A DNA stretch of 64,000 bases from assembly GCA_028282585.1 (NCBI GenBank), contig JANQHR010000062.1:1-64000 (forward strand), written 5' to 3'. Each line of letters opens with the position of its first letter. Position 1 is the stretch's first letter. This stretch comes from Bacteroidales bacterium (GTDB taxonomy: Bacteria; Bacteroidota; Bacteroidia; Bacteroidales; UBA12077). Shown piece by piece: positions 49,557 through 60,234 of this stretch. The notes beneath the pieces were generated by a model. It worked only from the letters and a program-made list of their open reading frames with translations. It did not search any database and had not been told where the DNA came from. Both the position numbers and the translations under genes were made by a program.

Positions 49557-51554
49557 CTATTCAATACTTTGCGAATATGAGGTCGTATAGTTTTTAAGCT
49601 CATCGATTCTAAAGATGTTATACCCTTTATAGTACTTTATTATATCAACGTTTACATTCTCAAAACCAGAGTCTTTATACCATTTAACAAATCGATAATT
49701 AGCCTGCAATAAATCAATTTGATGATTGTAAATACAATGCTCAAAATTTTCTCCATAATTCAACATTGCTGAAAGAAAATAAAGCCCCACATCATAGGCA
49801 TGAATTGCCATTTGGTTGGGTTCTGTATGGTAAGTATCTCTAAATTTCTTAATGAATCGCTTTACATCCTCATGATGGTAGTCAATAAAAAACGGAGAAG
49901 CTATACAAAGTTCAAGATTGAAATAATATTCCGGATCAATATTTCTAAAACGTTGCCAGCGTGATAATCCAATAACACGAACTTCTTTACCAAAAGCTCT
50001 TAATGTATTAAGTTTAGTTACAACATTTGTTACAAAAGCTTCTTCATTTGAAGGAACAACAAATACATTTTCAATTTCCTCGCTTAAAGCATGTTCTAAT
50101 ACATAAATACTATCTTCGAAAACAACCTCTTTAAACTGTATATTATTAATCAAAGTATCAATAGATAAGCTCGCAAAGATTTTATCTTTAACCATTTTCA
50201 CATTACTATAACCCAAGCTATCACCGTTATGCACTAGTATGATGTTTTTGTCTCCGAAATCCGAAACAAAACGAGCAAATTCATTAATTTGTGATTCATA
50301 TGATGGATATACCTGAAATAAATAAGGATTCTCATCAACCAGTTTCAAATTATCGCGTAAAGGTGAAACCATTTTAATCCCGTGTTGCTTTGAAAACTCT
50401 GAAACCAATTTAACTTCGTGATTATAAATCGGGCCGATTATTAAATCAGAATATTCTAATTCAGGAAAACTCAATATTTCTTTTATTCTTGCCGTATCAT
50501 TTTGTGTATCATAAACATGCAAGTTAATTGATAGCCCTCTTTGTTTTAAGCTATCGATAGCCATTAATAACCCTTCGTAAAACTCAACAAATGCTATTGA
50601 TTTTGGATAAATATAAAATGGTTCATAAAAAACTTTTTCATAGATTTTTTTTCCGTATTCATCTACTTCCGAAGAATCAATAAAGAATTCCTCATCGTTC
50701 TTTTCTAAGTAAAACGGCAGTAGCAATGATACATGATAAGGTTCACTTTTCGGTCTGAATATTTTCTGACATTCGGTAAAATTCATTGAATCAGAATAAG
50801 CAATGCTGGTACGTTTTTCATAGAAAATAGAATCAGTCACTTGTTCTTCCTGCCTTAATAAAACCGTTGTAGCTTCAAATCCTTCTTCGACAATTGGAAT
50901 CTTTAAAACCTGCCCATACTTTAATCCATCTTTTAAAAAAGGGTTATGTTCATTTAAAATCTCTTCCGTAATATTATATTCACGGGTAAGTGAAAATACT
51001 GTCTCTTTCTGTTCAACTTTATGATAAATAAATTTACTAGGAATTCTTATAGTATCTTCTAATATATTATTTGATGGTGTTAAGTTTACAACATTCTTGT
51101 TTTCTCTCGTTTTTGGAATTCTTATAATTTGATTTACTTTAATTACGTATTCAATTGAAGGGTCATTAAATGCTATTATATCTTCCTTTGGTACATTATA
51201 CATTTGTGAAAGTGAAAACAAAGTTTGGCCAGGTTGAACTCTATGATATAATACATATTTTTCTCCTCCTGATTTTTCCTCGGTTTGTTCTTTAACCACA
51301 GGAATTTTTAGCGCCTGTCCGGGTTGTAAACCTAAAAAGATTTCAGGATTTTCTTTTGCAACTTGTTTTTGACTAACATTATATGCTTTACAAAGTGAAA
51401 ATAATGTTTCTCCCTGTTTTACAATGTGAACATAATAATGCTGTCCTCCAATTATTACTTTATTTTTTGAAATTTCAATTTTAGTCGAATCACTTTGTGC
51501 AAAAGCGTTAAAAGTGATCAGTAGTAAAACGAAAATATTACGAAGCCTTTTCAC
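49557..51554 (-). CDS. LysM-repeat protein with periplasmic-binding-protein type 1 domain
   Basis: Three LysM motifs (HxVxxxE/QTxFSL); VSLLLPF, FYEG, DLIIGP; TAATTTTG promoter motif at 51613-51620. Confidence 0.88.
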   Translation of the reverse strand: MKRLRNIFVLLLITFNAFAQSDSTKIEISKNKVIIGGQHYYVHIVKQGETLFSLCKAYNVSQKQVAKENPEIFLGLQPGQALKIPVVKEQTEEKSGGEKYVLYHRVQPGQTLFSLSQMYNVPKEDIIAFNDPSIEYVIKVNQIIRIPKTRENKNVVNLTPSNNILEDTIRIPSKFIYHKVEQKETVFSLTREYNITEEILNEHNPFLKDGLKYGQVLKIPIVEEGFEATTVLLRQEEQVTDSIFYEKRTSIAYSDSMNFTECQKIFRPKSEPYHVSLLLPFYLEKNDEEFFIDSSEVDEYGKKIYEKVFYEPFYIYPKSIAFVEFYEGLLMAIDSLKQRGLSINLHVYDTQNDTARIKEILSFPELEYSDLIIGPIYNHEVKLVSEFSKQHGIKMVSPLRDNLKLVDENPYLFQVYPSYESQINEFARFVSDFGDKNIILVHNGDSLGYSNVKMVKDKIFASLSIDTLINNIQFKEVVFEDSIYVLEHALSEEIENVFVVPSNEEAFVTNVVTKLNTLRAFGKEVRVIGLSRWQRFRNIDPEYYFNLELCIASPFFIDYHHEDVKRFIKKFRDTYHTEPNQMAIHAYDVGLYFLSAMLNYGENFEHCIYNHQIDLLQANYRFVKWYKDSGFENVNVDIIKYYKGYNIFRIDELKNYTTSYSQSIE

Positions 51555-51637
51555 ACATTAATTATTTAGGTTTAAACTTTAACTTTTAGAGGATAATTTT
51601 ATTGTTCAGTGACAAAATTAATTGAACTCTCGGAATA

Positions 51638-51674
51638 AAAAAATAAGCATGACAATTTTGTCATGCTTATTTTT
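51638..51674 (-). terminator. Intrinsic terminator
   Basis: ataagcatgacaa/ttgtcatgcttat palindrome with A/T tails. Confidence 0.75.
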
Positions 51675-51690
51675 ATGTTTGGTTTAAAAT

Positions 51691-52146
51691 TTAATTTTCT
51701 CTTAAAACATACTCATCATACTCTATTTCAAAACGTAATTTATGTTTTGACTCTTCCTGGGCCAAAACTATAAACACTTCCCTTATCTCCTCATTACTTG
51801 ATGCTTTTGCCAGATCATAATATAATTTAAAAGCCGCCTTTTCTTTACTCATAGCCACTACCAAGGCTTCTGAGTAAGTCATATCCGGCTTTACCGAAAC
51901 CTCTGCTATATAATCACTTATTTTTAAATCAGCAATTTGTTTTTGTTCTATTTTAAATGAACCTTCATTTTTAATTTTTGTTAAACGAGCTTTATGTTCA
52001 ATTTCTTCTTGTGCAAAAGAAGTAAACACAATTCGCATATCTTCCGTTTTTGCATTTTTAGCTAACTCATTATAGAAATCTACAGCTTCTTGTTCTGCAT
52101 TTATTGCAAAATCAAGGATATCGTTAATAGAGTTAAATTCTTTCAT
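51691..52146 (-). CDS. Ferritin-like / rubrerythrin-family protein
   Basis: Duplicated E..FY/LY..EExxH diiron motifs; no rubredoxin domain. Confidence 0.88.
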   Translation of the reverse strand: MKEFNSINDILDFAINAEQEAVDFYNELAKNAKTEDMRIVFTSFAQEEIEHKARLTKIKNEGSFKIEQKQIADLKISDYIAEVSVKPDMTYSEALVVAMSKEKAAFKLYYDLAKASSNEEIREVFIVLAQEESKHKLRFEIEYDEYVLREN

Positions 52147-52482
52147 CTTTTTTTGTATTTAGTTTTAATGTTAACAATATTTAATTCTTTTTGTTTTTGA
52201 TAATTTTATTATGCATTGCAAATCTTACACTTTTCTCCTTTTATTAGCTACTCGGCTGCTATAAGAACACTTTACTTTTAATGATATGAAATTATATATG
52301 GTTATCATTATATAATTATTGAATGTTTCAAGTCTCTTATTTCTACAATACTTTGAGATTTTTAAAATATATAAATTATCAAATAAATGCTTATAATGCA
52401 AGCTTTTCAGATTATTTATTGAAGTTTAATTCTAAATAAATGCATTATAAGATTAGAGCGTATTTTATCAGAGGATCGGAAA

Positions 52483-52514
52483 ATAAGGGATACAATATTT
52501 AATGTATCCCTTAT
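52483..52514 (-). terminator. Intrinsic terminator
   Basis: ataagggataca/tgtatcccttat stem downstream of the oxidoreductase operon. Confidence 0.75.
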
Positions 52515-52530
52515 ATATTGTAATTTATTA

Positions 52531-55500
52531 TTAATTAAAAGCTTCTTTAAAATTATCGTCAAAAACCTTTACTAAATTATCACAACCATGCTTAAATAAC
52601 TTATTCAAGTTATCCTTTTCGGTATAAACAAACTCAAAACCTTCTGTTTTCTTAACATCAGATAGAATATCGAAGATTTCTTTTCTGATATCATCCACAG
52701 ATTCCACCTTAGTTTCGATAAGTTGATTAAAAATTTGATGCAATTGTTGGTAATTCTCCATTTCAATCTTGCCATCAAACTGTTTTTCAAATACCTGAAT
52801 ATTTTTTTGAGTGTTTGTAAAACTTCCGGATGTTTCTACTGGGAAAGTAGCTGGAAGAATTAAATTAGCCTTTTGAGCCGTTTCAGTCATAAAGTAATCC
52901 TGAACCATTACAAATTCCGCATCAGCAAACCATTTTTGCACTTTTTCTTTTTCAGTGGCACATCCAATAGGATCTTCGCCGAAAATGTAGAATTTCTTTA
53001 ATAAACCTTCATTTAATAACTCTTTCATACATTTATCTCCTTGCTCAGGTAAACCATCAACCTTCCAAGTTTTAGCAAGTTTTTTAGCATATTTGGTATC
53101 TGCTAAGTCAACATTGCCAACACCATTTTTAGATGAAACTCCCATGTCAAATAATCCTTGTGAGTTATTTTTTTCTTTCAATGAGATTAATCCATTAGCA
53201 ATTTTACTTAATTTACCAGTTATCATTGCCAAGTTAAATAGCTCACGGCTTACATTCGACGAAACTTCTTTTTCGGAAAATACCAATATAGCATTCATCT
53301 CATTGTTATATGATTTAGCAAAGCTTTCTAAAGTTTCTTTGCTAGTACCGGATTCTTTAACCAATTGGTCGTAATTTTCCGTAGCTAATTCCTTCTTGTA
53401 TTCATCAAAACCAGCGCAATTATCTTTAATGAACATTGCATTTTGCAATCTATTTTCCACTAAATAGTAATTAATTGCCTTAACAAAATGATAGTAAGAA
53501 TTAACCTTAATGGTTTTATCAACTTTATGTTCCAATGCACTTAATTCTCTATTAGTAATTAACTCTATAGGAGTATTTTCAATTTCACGCACATTATTGA
53601 TCATAAAGCTTGCGACCGGATTATCCATATTTACCTCTGATCCTAATATATAAATTCGCGAGGCATCTTTGATTTGCTCAAAAGGAACATTTGCTTCTGA
53701 ATTTCCACTATACCACCTTCCTTGCCCAACATAATGGAAACTTGAAATGTTATTGGTTTTAGCTCCTGCCCTTGCAAGTTTCTGAATCATATACATTTCT
53801 TCATTACTTAAACGAGCTCCAGCGAAAAAACCATTTTCACTAGAGTCAGCTCCTTTAATTTCATCTGCAATTACATCAAATGCCTTTTCCCAACTAATTA
53901 CTTCAAATTTTCCATCCACTTTTATTAATGGTTGAGTAATTCTGGAAGCATCGTTCATAACCGGATAACCAAATCGAGAATAACGGCAAATATTTCCATC
54001 TTTATTTATCTGCCCTTCATATCCATTTACATTCCATACAAATTCTGATTTGTGGTTATATTCAACTTCACAACCAATCGAGCAATAATGGCATAATGTA
54101 TTTGCTTTGTCAAGCTCAACCGGTCCAGGTTTAAAGTTTACATTCTCGGTAATTGCTCCTGTTGGGCATGTTGAAATACATGAACCGCAAGATTCACAAT
54201 CCGTTTCAACCAGTGAATTACCCATACTAGGTGCAATAAATGTATTAAATCCACGATTTACCAACCCCAAAGCATTAGCACCAACTACCTCCTTACAGAT
54301 TCTAACACATCGGGCACAAAGTATACATTTATTGTTATCTATTTCAACATAAGGATGAGAAAAATCTAATTCGTGAGCATGATAATCACCAGCAAAATTC
54401 TTTTGCTCAGCTTCATATTGAGTTGCATATTTTTTTAAGTCACAAGTAAAAAATTCTGTACATCCACATTCCAGGCAACGCTCAGCTTCGTGTTGTGCAA
54501 CATTTTCAGCATAACCCAGTTCAACTTCATTAAAATTAATTCTTTCGTCAGCTGGAAGCACAGGCATTTCCTCACGCAATTGCTTTTGATACCTTCCCAA
54601 AAAATCTTCTGTCTTTAGTTCTTTATAACTATCCTTTTTACTAATAAACTCTTTTGGTTCCGGTGTTAATTCTTCGCCCATTAAAAATTGATGGCAACTG
54701 CGGCTTGCAGTTTTAGCCTGTTCAATTGCTTCAATAATTGTTGCTGGACCTGTAACACCATCACCTGCAGCAAACATAGACTTTATTCCTGTTTGTAATG
54801 TGTTTTTATCCGCATCTATATCACCCCAACGATTAACCTCTAACTTTCCTTCGGTAGCTGATTCATTAATATCATCTAAGAAATTAACCACTGTTTTCTG
54901 TCCAATAGCAGCTAAAATATAATCCAGTTCAATATCAAAATCAGAACCTTCAACCGGTACAGGGCGTCGTCGCCCTGAAGCATCAGGTTCACCCAGCTCC
55001 ATTTTTAAGCATGTCATTGATTTTACTTTACCATCTTTGTCCTTATTAACTTTTGATGGATTAGTCAAGAATAAATATTCTACACCCTCAACTTTCGATT
55101 CGTGAATCTCAATTGGATTTGCGGGCATTTCTTTTTCTGTCCGACGATAAATGACATAAACCTTTTCTGCTCCACATCTCAATGAAGTGCGACAGCAATC
55201 CATTGCTGTATTACCACCTCCAACTACGGCAATCGTTTTTCCTTTAAAGTTGTATTTTTGGCCTGTCATTTCCATATTTCTTAGGAAATCAATACCTGAA
55301 AATACATTCTCTGCATCATCACCTTCGCAGCCAATTAATGTTCCTCGCTGTGAACCAATAGTTAAGATTACAGAATCATAATCACTTTTTAATTCTTTAT
55401 AACTTAAGTTATCACCTAATTTTTTGTTGTAAAAGATATTTGTACCTAATTCAGTTACAGCAGCCACTTCCTGATCTAATATATCATTTGGTAAACGATA

Positions 55501-56223
55501 CTCAGGAATACCATAACGTAACCAACCTCCAGGATTTGGGCTTGCTTCAAAAATATCACATTGGTGACCTTTTTGTTGTAGAAAGTATGCTGATGATAAC
55601 CCACCAGGTCCGGCACCAATGATTGCTACTTTTTTTCCAGTTGATTTCGCTACTTCAGGAACAAATCTTGTTTCTGATAATAAATCTTGGTCAGCTGCAA
55701 AACGCTTCATATAATCAATACCTACCGCAGCCCCCTCATCTAAATGATTACGTCGACAAGCTACCTCACAAGGACGTACACAAACACGACCACAAATTGC
55801 CGGTAACGGATTTGTCTCTTTAATTAACGCAACTGCTTCGTTATATAAGCCTTTTTCTATTAATGCAATATAGCCTTGTACATCAACACCCGCCGGGCAA
55901 GTTTGCTTACACGGAGCCTCACAATCGGCATAATGGTTACTTACTAATAAATCTAAAGCTGTTTTTCGAGCTTTTTTAACTTTTTCGTTTTCAGTCTCAA
56001 TCTTCATCCCTTCCTGGATCTTAGTGGAACAAGAAGGTTGCATGCCTCGCATACCATCTACTTCAACAACACAAACAAAACAGGATGAGAATGGCTTCAA
56101 TCGATTATCATAGCATAATGTTGGAATTTCAATTCCATTTCTTTTGGCTAGCTGAAGAATCGTTTCTCCTGGCTTTCCTTTTATATTTTTTCCGTTAAGA
56201 ATTATATTTAGTTGATTGCTCAT
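52531..56223 (-). CDS. Large Fe-S flavoprotein: 2Fe-2S + GltD/NfnB-like FAD/NADPH module + NuoG/FdhF-like domain (StnC-like)
   Basis: IPTLC, CGRVC, GAGPGG, GGGNTAMD..YRR, CILCARC, CESCGSC, CHYCSIGC. Confidence 0.85.
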   Translation of the reverse strand: MSNQLNIILNGKNIKGKPGETILQLAKRNGIEIPTLCYDNRLKPFSSCFVCVVEVDGMRGMQPSCSTKIQEGMKIETENEKVKKARKTALDLLVSNHYADCEAPCKQTCPAGVDVQGYIALIEKGLYNEAVALIKETNPLPAICGRVCVRPCEVACRRNHLDEGAAVGIDYMKRFAADQDLLSETRFVPEVAKSTGKKVAIIGAGPGGLSSAYFLQQKGHQCDIFEASPNPGGWLRYGIPEYRLPNDILDQEVAAVTELGTNIFYNKKLGDNLSYKELKSDYDSVILTIGSQRGTLIGCEGDDAENVFSGIDFLRNMEMTGQKYNFKGKTIAVVGGGNTAMDCCRTSLRCGAEKVYVIYRRTEKEMPANPIEIHESKVEGVEYLFLTNPSKVNKDKDGKVKSMTCLKMELGEPDASGRRRPVPVEGSDFDIELDYILAAIGQKTVVNFLDDINESATEGKLEVNRWGDIDADKNTLQTGIKSMFAAGDGVTGPATIIEAIEQAKTASRSCHQFLMGEELTPEPKEFISKKDSYKELKTEDFLGRYQKQLREEMPVLPADERINFNEVELGYAENVAQHEAERCLECGCTEFFTCDLKKYATQYEAEQKNFAGDYHAHELDFSHPYVEIDNNKCILCARCVRICKEVVGANALGLVNRGFNTFIAPSMGNSLVETDCESCGSCISTCPTGAITENVNFKPGPVELDKANTLCHYCSIGCEVEYNHKSEFVWNVNGYEGQINKDGNICRYSRFGYPVMNDASRITQPLIKVDGKFEVISWEKAFDVIADEIKGADSSENGFFAGARLSNEEMYMIQKLARAGAKTNNISSFHYVGQGRWYSGNSEANVPFEQIKDASRIYILGSEVNMDNPVASFMINNVREIENTPIELITNRELSALEHKVDKTIKVNSYYHFVKAINYYLVENRLQNAMFIKDNCAGFDEYKKELATENYDQLVKESGTSKETLESFAKSYNNEMNAILVFSEKEVSSNVSRELFNLAMITGKLSKIANGLISLKEKNNSQGLFDMGVSSKNGVGNVDLADTKYAKKLAKTWKVDGLPEQGDKCMKELLNEGLLKKFYIFGEDPIGCATEKEKVQKWFADAEFVMVQDYFMTETAQKANLILPATFPVETSGSFTNTQKNIQVFEKQFDGKIEMENYQQLHQIFNQLIETKVESVDDIRKEIFDILSDVKKTEGFEFVYTEKDNLNKLFKHGCDNLVKVFDDNFKEAFN

Positions 56224-56267
56224 TTTCTTTTTAATTTAATTAATGATCTAATTACCAGGCAGCTTGA

Positions 56268-58046
56268 TTATGATAATAAAACAGCATCAAACTTGCACTT
56301 ACTATAACACATACCGCACTGTATACAGTCCTCTTGTCTGATTTCATGCAATTCTTTTCTTTCACCATCAATTGCGTTGGTTGGACAATTTTTAGCACAT
56401 ACAGTACATCCGGTACAATTTTCAGGGCTAATGGTATATGTAAGTAGTTTCTTACAATGCTTGGCAGGGCATTTTTTATCATTAATATGAGCTTCGTACT
56501 CAGGCCTGAAATATTTAATAGCAGTAAGCACAGGATTTGGAGCAGTTTGCCCTAAACCACAAAGTGAGCTATCCTTAATTTGATAAGCTAATTCTTCTAA
56601 CTTCTCAATATCTCCATCTTGTCCTTCACCTACAGTAATTTTTTCAAGAATTTCAAGCATTCGTTTTGTACCAACACGACAGAAAGTACATTTTCCGCAT
56701 GATTCTTTTACGGTAAAATCAAGGAAAAATCTTGCAATATCAACCATACAGGTTGTTTCATCCATTACCACCATACCACCAGATCCCATAATTGCTCCGG
56801 TAGCTGTAACAGAATCATAGTCTACTTCAGTATCTGCCAGATACTCGGGAATACAGCCACCAGATGGTCCCCCCAACTGTACTGCTTTAAATTTTTTATC
56901 ATCAATAATTCCACCACCTAATTTAAAAATAATATCACGAATAGAAACTCCCATTGGAACCTCAACTGAACCACCATGTTTAATCTTGCCTGTTAAAGCA
57001 AATACTTTTGTTCCTTTACTTTTTTCAGATCCGTATTTAGAATAGGATTCCGGACCATTTAAAAATATATATGGAACATTTGCATAAGTTTCAACATTAT
57101 TATTGTTAGTTGGCTTAGCCCACAATCCTGCTTCTGCCGGAAATGGTGGGCGTTTGCGAGGCATACCCCTTTCTCCTTCAATAGATGCAATTAGCGCAGT
57201 TTCTTCACCGCACACAAAAGCTCCTGCTCCTTCTTTTACAAATAAATCAAAATCAAAGCCTTTCACTCCCATTACATCTTTACCAAGAAAACCTTTTTCC
57301 CTTGCCTGCTCAATGGCAATATTTAACCGCTTAATTGCCAATGGGTATTCAGCACGGCAATAAATCACTCCTTCGCTTGCTCCAATTGCATAACCAGCAA
57401 TTGCTAAACCTTCGAGAACCGCATGAGGGTCACCTTCAAGTAACGAACGGTCCATAAAAGCACCGGGATCGCCTTCATCTGCATTACAAATAACGTATTT
57501 TTGTTCTGATTTATAATTGAATGCGAATCTCCATTTAAGCCCCGTTGGGAAGCCTCCGCCTCCTCTACCACGAATTCCTGAGTCTAAAACAGTTTGAATA
57601 ACCTGTTCCTGGCTAATTTTTTCTTTTAAAATTTTCTCCAAAGCCTTATAACCGCCCTGTTCTTGGTACTCATCAATATTTTCAGGGTCAATTATTCCGC
57701 AATTTCGTAAGGCAATTTTCACCTGTCCTTCCCAAAATGCATCATCCTGGGTTTCAATAAAATCACTTTTAACAATATAATCTTTAACAGGTTCACCTTG
57801 TTTTAAGTGCTTATCGAAAATTGACACGGCTTTTTCTTCATCAATTTCTCCGTATAAATATGAACCTGTATCATCAATTATTTCTACTAATGGTTCACGG
57901 TAACACATTCCGATACAACCTGTTTTTTTTATTTCTATATCAAGTTTATCAGCACCTTGTAATGCCAATAATTTGTTAAATACTTTGTTAGCACCTGCTG
58001 CTATTCCACAACTTGCTAGTCCGACTAAAACTTTTGTTTTTTCCAT
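56268..58046 (-). CDS. NuoF/HydB-like NADH:FMN subunit with C-terminal 2x[4Fe-4S]
   Basis: RGRGGGGFP, NADEGDPGAF, CGEET, ESCGKCTFC, two CxxCxxC motifs. Confidence 0.93.
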   Translation of the reverse strand: MEKTKVLVGLASCGIAAGANKVFNKLLALQGADKLDIEIKKTGCIGMCYREPLVEIIDDTGSYLYGEIDEEKAVSIFDKHLKQGEPVKDYIVKSDFIETQDDAFWEGQVKIALRNCGIIDPENIDEYQEQGGYKALEKILKEKISQEQVIQTVLDSGIRGRGGGGFPTGLKWRFAFNYKSEQKYVICNADEGDPGAFMDRSLLEGDPHAVLEGLAIAGYAIGASEGVIYCRAEYPLAIKRLNIAIEQAREKGFLGKDVMGVKGFDFDLFVKEGAGAFVCGEETALIASIEGERGMPRKRPPFPAEAGLWAKPTNNNNVETYANVPYIFLNGPESYSKYGSEKSKGTKVFALTGKIKHGGSVEVPMGVSIRDIIFKLGGGIIDDKKFKAVQLGGPSGGCIPEYLADTEVDYDSVTATGAIMGSGGMVVMDETTCMVDIARFFLDFTVKESCGKCTFCRVGTKRMLEILEKITVGEGQDGDIEKLEELAYQIKDSSLCGLGQTAPNPVLTAIKYFRPEYEAHINDKKCPAKHCKKLLTYTISPENCTGCTVCAKNCPTNAIDGERKELHEIRQEDCIQCGMCYSKCKFDAVLLS

Positions 58047-58077
58047 TTTATAAATTTTAGGATTCGAGTGGAAATAA

Positions 58078-58596
58078 TTAATTACTTTCGCTAATCTTGA
58101 TTTCCTTTACAATTTTTACAGCTTGTTTTCCGGAAAGTTTTCCGTAAGTCTCATCACCAATCATCATAACCGGAGCAAGAGAACAACAACCGAGACAAGC
58201 AACAGACTCCAGTGTAAAAAGACCATCTTCAGTAGTTTCACCATCCTTGATACTTAAAGCGTCTTCCAAGGCTTCAGAAACAGCAGTAGCGTTTTGCACA
58301 TGGCAAGCAGTACCATGGCAAACTTTAACAATATGTTTTCCAACCGGATTTAATCTGAATTGAGTATAAAACGTGGCAACTCCATACATTTCACTGAGTT
58401 TTAAACCTGTTAATTCAGAAATTTTAATAAAAGTTTCAGCAGGCAGGTATCCGTAAATATCCTGTGTTCCTTGTAAAATTGGAATCAGACTACCTTTTTT
58501 ACTTTTGTATTTTTCAATTAGCGGATCAATTAATGATAGATCCACCGAAGCCTGATTAGCAACTTCTTTTTCTTGTAGTATTCGTTTAACACGCAT
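58078..58596 (-). CDS. NuoE/HydC-like 2Fe-2S subunit
   Basis: VATFY, VCHGTAC, ACLGCC. Confidence 0.93.
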   Translation of the reverse strand: MRVKRILQEKEVANQASVDLSLIDPLIEKYKSKKGSLIPILQGTQDIYGYLPAETFIKISELTGLKLSEMYGVATFYTQFRLNPVGKHIVKVCHGTACHVQNATAVSEALEDALSIKDGETTEDGLFTLESVACLGCCSLAPVMMIGDETYGKLSGKQAVKIVKEIKISESN

Positions 58597-59035
58597 AGCT
58601 TATTACGCTTAGTTTATAATTAATGGTTTCAGAAATAATTGCATAATTTAGAATTAAGATTTATGATAAACAAAATCTAAAATATGTCCTACAATAGTTT
58701 TTCACTAAAACATAGCTATATCAATACTTACAAAAGCTATTTAAATTTATTCTAATATACTTTTTACTTTTATTATAGTTATGCTTATAACCATAATTCC
58801 AAACTCTAACAAATTAGTTCAGCTTATCTTGAATACAAATTGTTTGTTAAAAATTATGTAAATCAAATACATACTTTATCGATTCATTTCATCCTATCAC
58901 TCCATTAAAAAAAGAAAAATCTTTAATTGGAAAAGAAATGTTTAAAACAGATAGAGTCAGCTCACAGCAAGAAGTTATAATGGTAAATGATATTTTGATA
59001 CCAACTTCTGCTTGCTGTGAACCAGAAACATTAAG

Positions 59036-60142
59036 CTATAAATTTAATAAGCTATTTGCATACCTTAGCAACCGAATCATATCAAAGAATTTTCCTAATT
59101 TCCATTGCATAGCGGCTAAGATTCCATGCACTGCAAGTAGTTCTGTTTCAATCAATTTTTCTTCTTGAATTATAAGATTATATATCCCGTTTTTAGCGGT
59201 TTTGTAACCTTCATTTTCATAATTCATAAGAATATCGATGGTATTCTCCTCAGCTGTAATTTCTCTTTTTACAGGTTCATACCCAAGTTTTTTAATCATA
59301 GCTTCAGCTAAAGCCCAAGTCGACCATGGGTTTTGTCCTGTTAACAAATTACCATCTTCACAAATATTTTTGAGATACTGATGACCTCGTTTGAAATAGG
59401 CTCCTTTGGCTATTAACTCATCTTCTAAAAGAAAGGGGAAAATATTTTCTGCATCGGGTATTAAGAATAACTCTTCTTCATTTGTAAAGGAACAAACTTC
59501 TTTACCGGCTAAAAGAAAGCTCCCATCTTTAAGTGTTACATTAACTAATGCTGCCGGCCCATGACAAACCGCGCCAATTATTTTCCCTGATTCGTAATAT
59601 TCCTGAACTATAGACTGAATTCTGGCATTGTTTGGAAAATCAAACATAGTACCCTTTCCTCCTGCGAAATAAATGGCATCATATTCTTTACTATCCACTT
59701 TTTCAATTGGAATTGTATTTAGTACCTTTTGTTGAGCGATTGAATCATTCAGGAAGGCGTAATCATAGATTCCCATGTCTTCAGAATCTATAATTACTGG
59801 TGGATTCCCTCCTTTTATACTCGCTATATCAACTTCAAATCCATTAGTCATAAATACATAATAAGCACGGGATAATTCTGTTAACTCATATCCTGTTTTT
59901 TTACCACTACTTCCCATAATCTCACAACTGGTAACTACAGCAAGAATTTTACCTCTTTTTTCAGGTTTATCCTGGGATATGTATGGGACATCCTTTGGTT
60001 GTATTTTAGTAATATCAACATTCAGATCTTCGGATGGAAGCAAACTCATAAACCATAATCCGAAAGAAACCAATATAATAATCAGACTCAAAAAAATGGT
60101 AAGACTCCATTTCAGGATTGGATACTTTTTAAATTTTAACAT
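59036..60142 (-). CDS. DJ-1/PfpI (type 1 glutamine amidotransferase-like) protein with N-terminal membrane anchor
   Basis: GYELTEL, GGKGTMFD, AVCHGPA, TGQNP. Confidence 0.9.
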   Translation of the reverse strand: MLKFKKYPILKWSLTIFLSLIIILVSFGLWFMSLLPSEDLNVDITKIQPKDVPYISQDKPEKRGKILAVVTSCEIMGSSGKKTGYELTELSRAYYVFMTNGFEVDIASIKGGNPPVIIDSEDMGIYDYAFLNDSIAQQKVLNTIPIEKVDSKEYDAIYFAGGKGTMFDFPNNARIQSIVQEYYESGKIIGAVCHGPAALVNVTLKDGSFLLAGKEVCSFTNEEELFLIPDAENIFPFLLEDELIAKGAYFKRGHQYLKNICEDGNLLTGQNPWSTWALAEAMIKKLGYEPVKREITAEENTIDILMNYENEGYKTAKNGIYNLIIQEEKLIETELLAVHGILAAMQWKLGKFFDMIRLLRYANSLLNL

Positions 60143-60234
60143 AACTTTTAGTTTTTGATTTTTAAATTCTTTTCAAATCAACTACTTATATTTGTCAAAA
60201 TCTTTCGAAATGATCATTTTAACATACTAAATGG

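Noticed and set aside
52531-56223. Formate dehydrogenase with selenocysteine, or an [FeFe] hydrogenase
   Set aside because: No in-frame TGA, no Cys at the Mo/W ligand position, and no H-cluster signatures.
58600-58930. Rex or other operator upstream of the oxidoreductase operon
   Set aside because: No adequate match to TTGTGAA-N4-TTCACAA in very AT-rich sequence.
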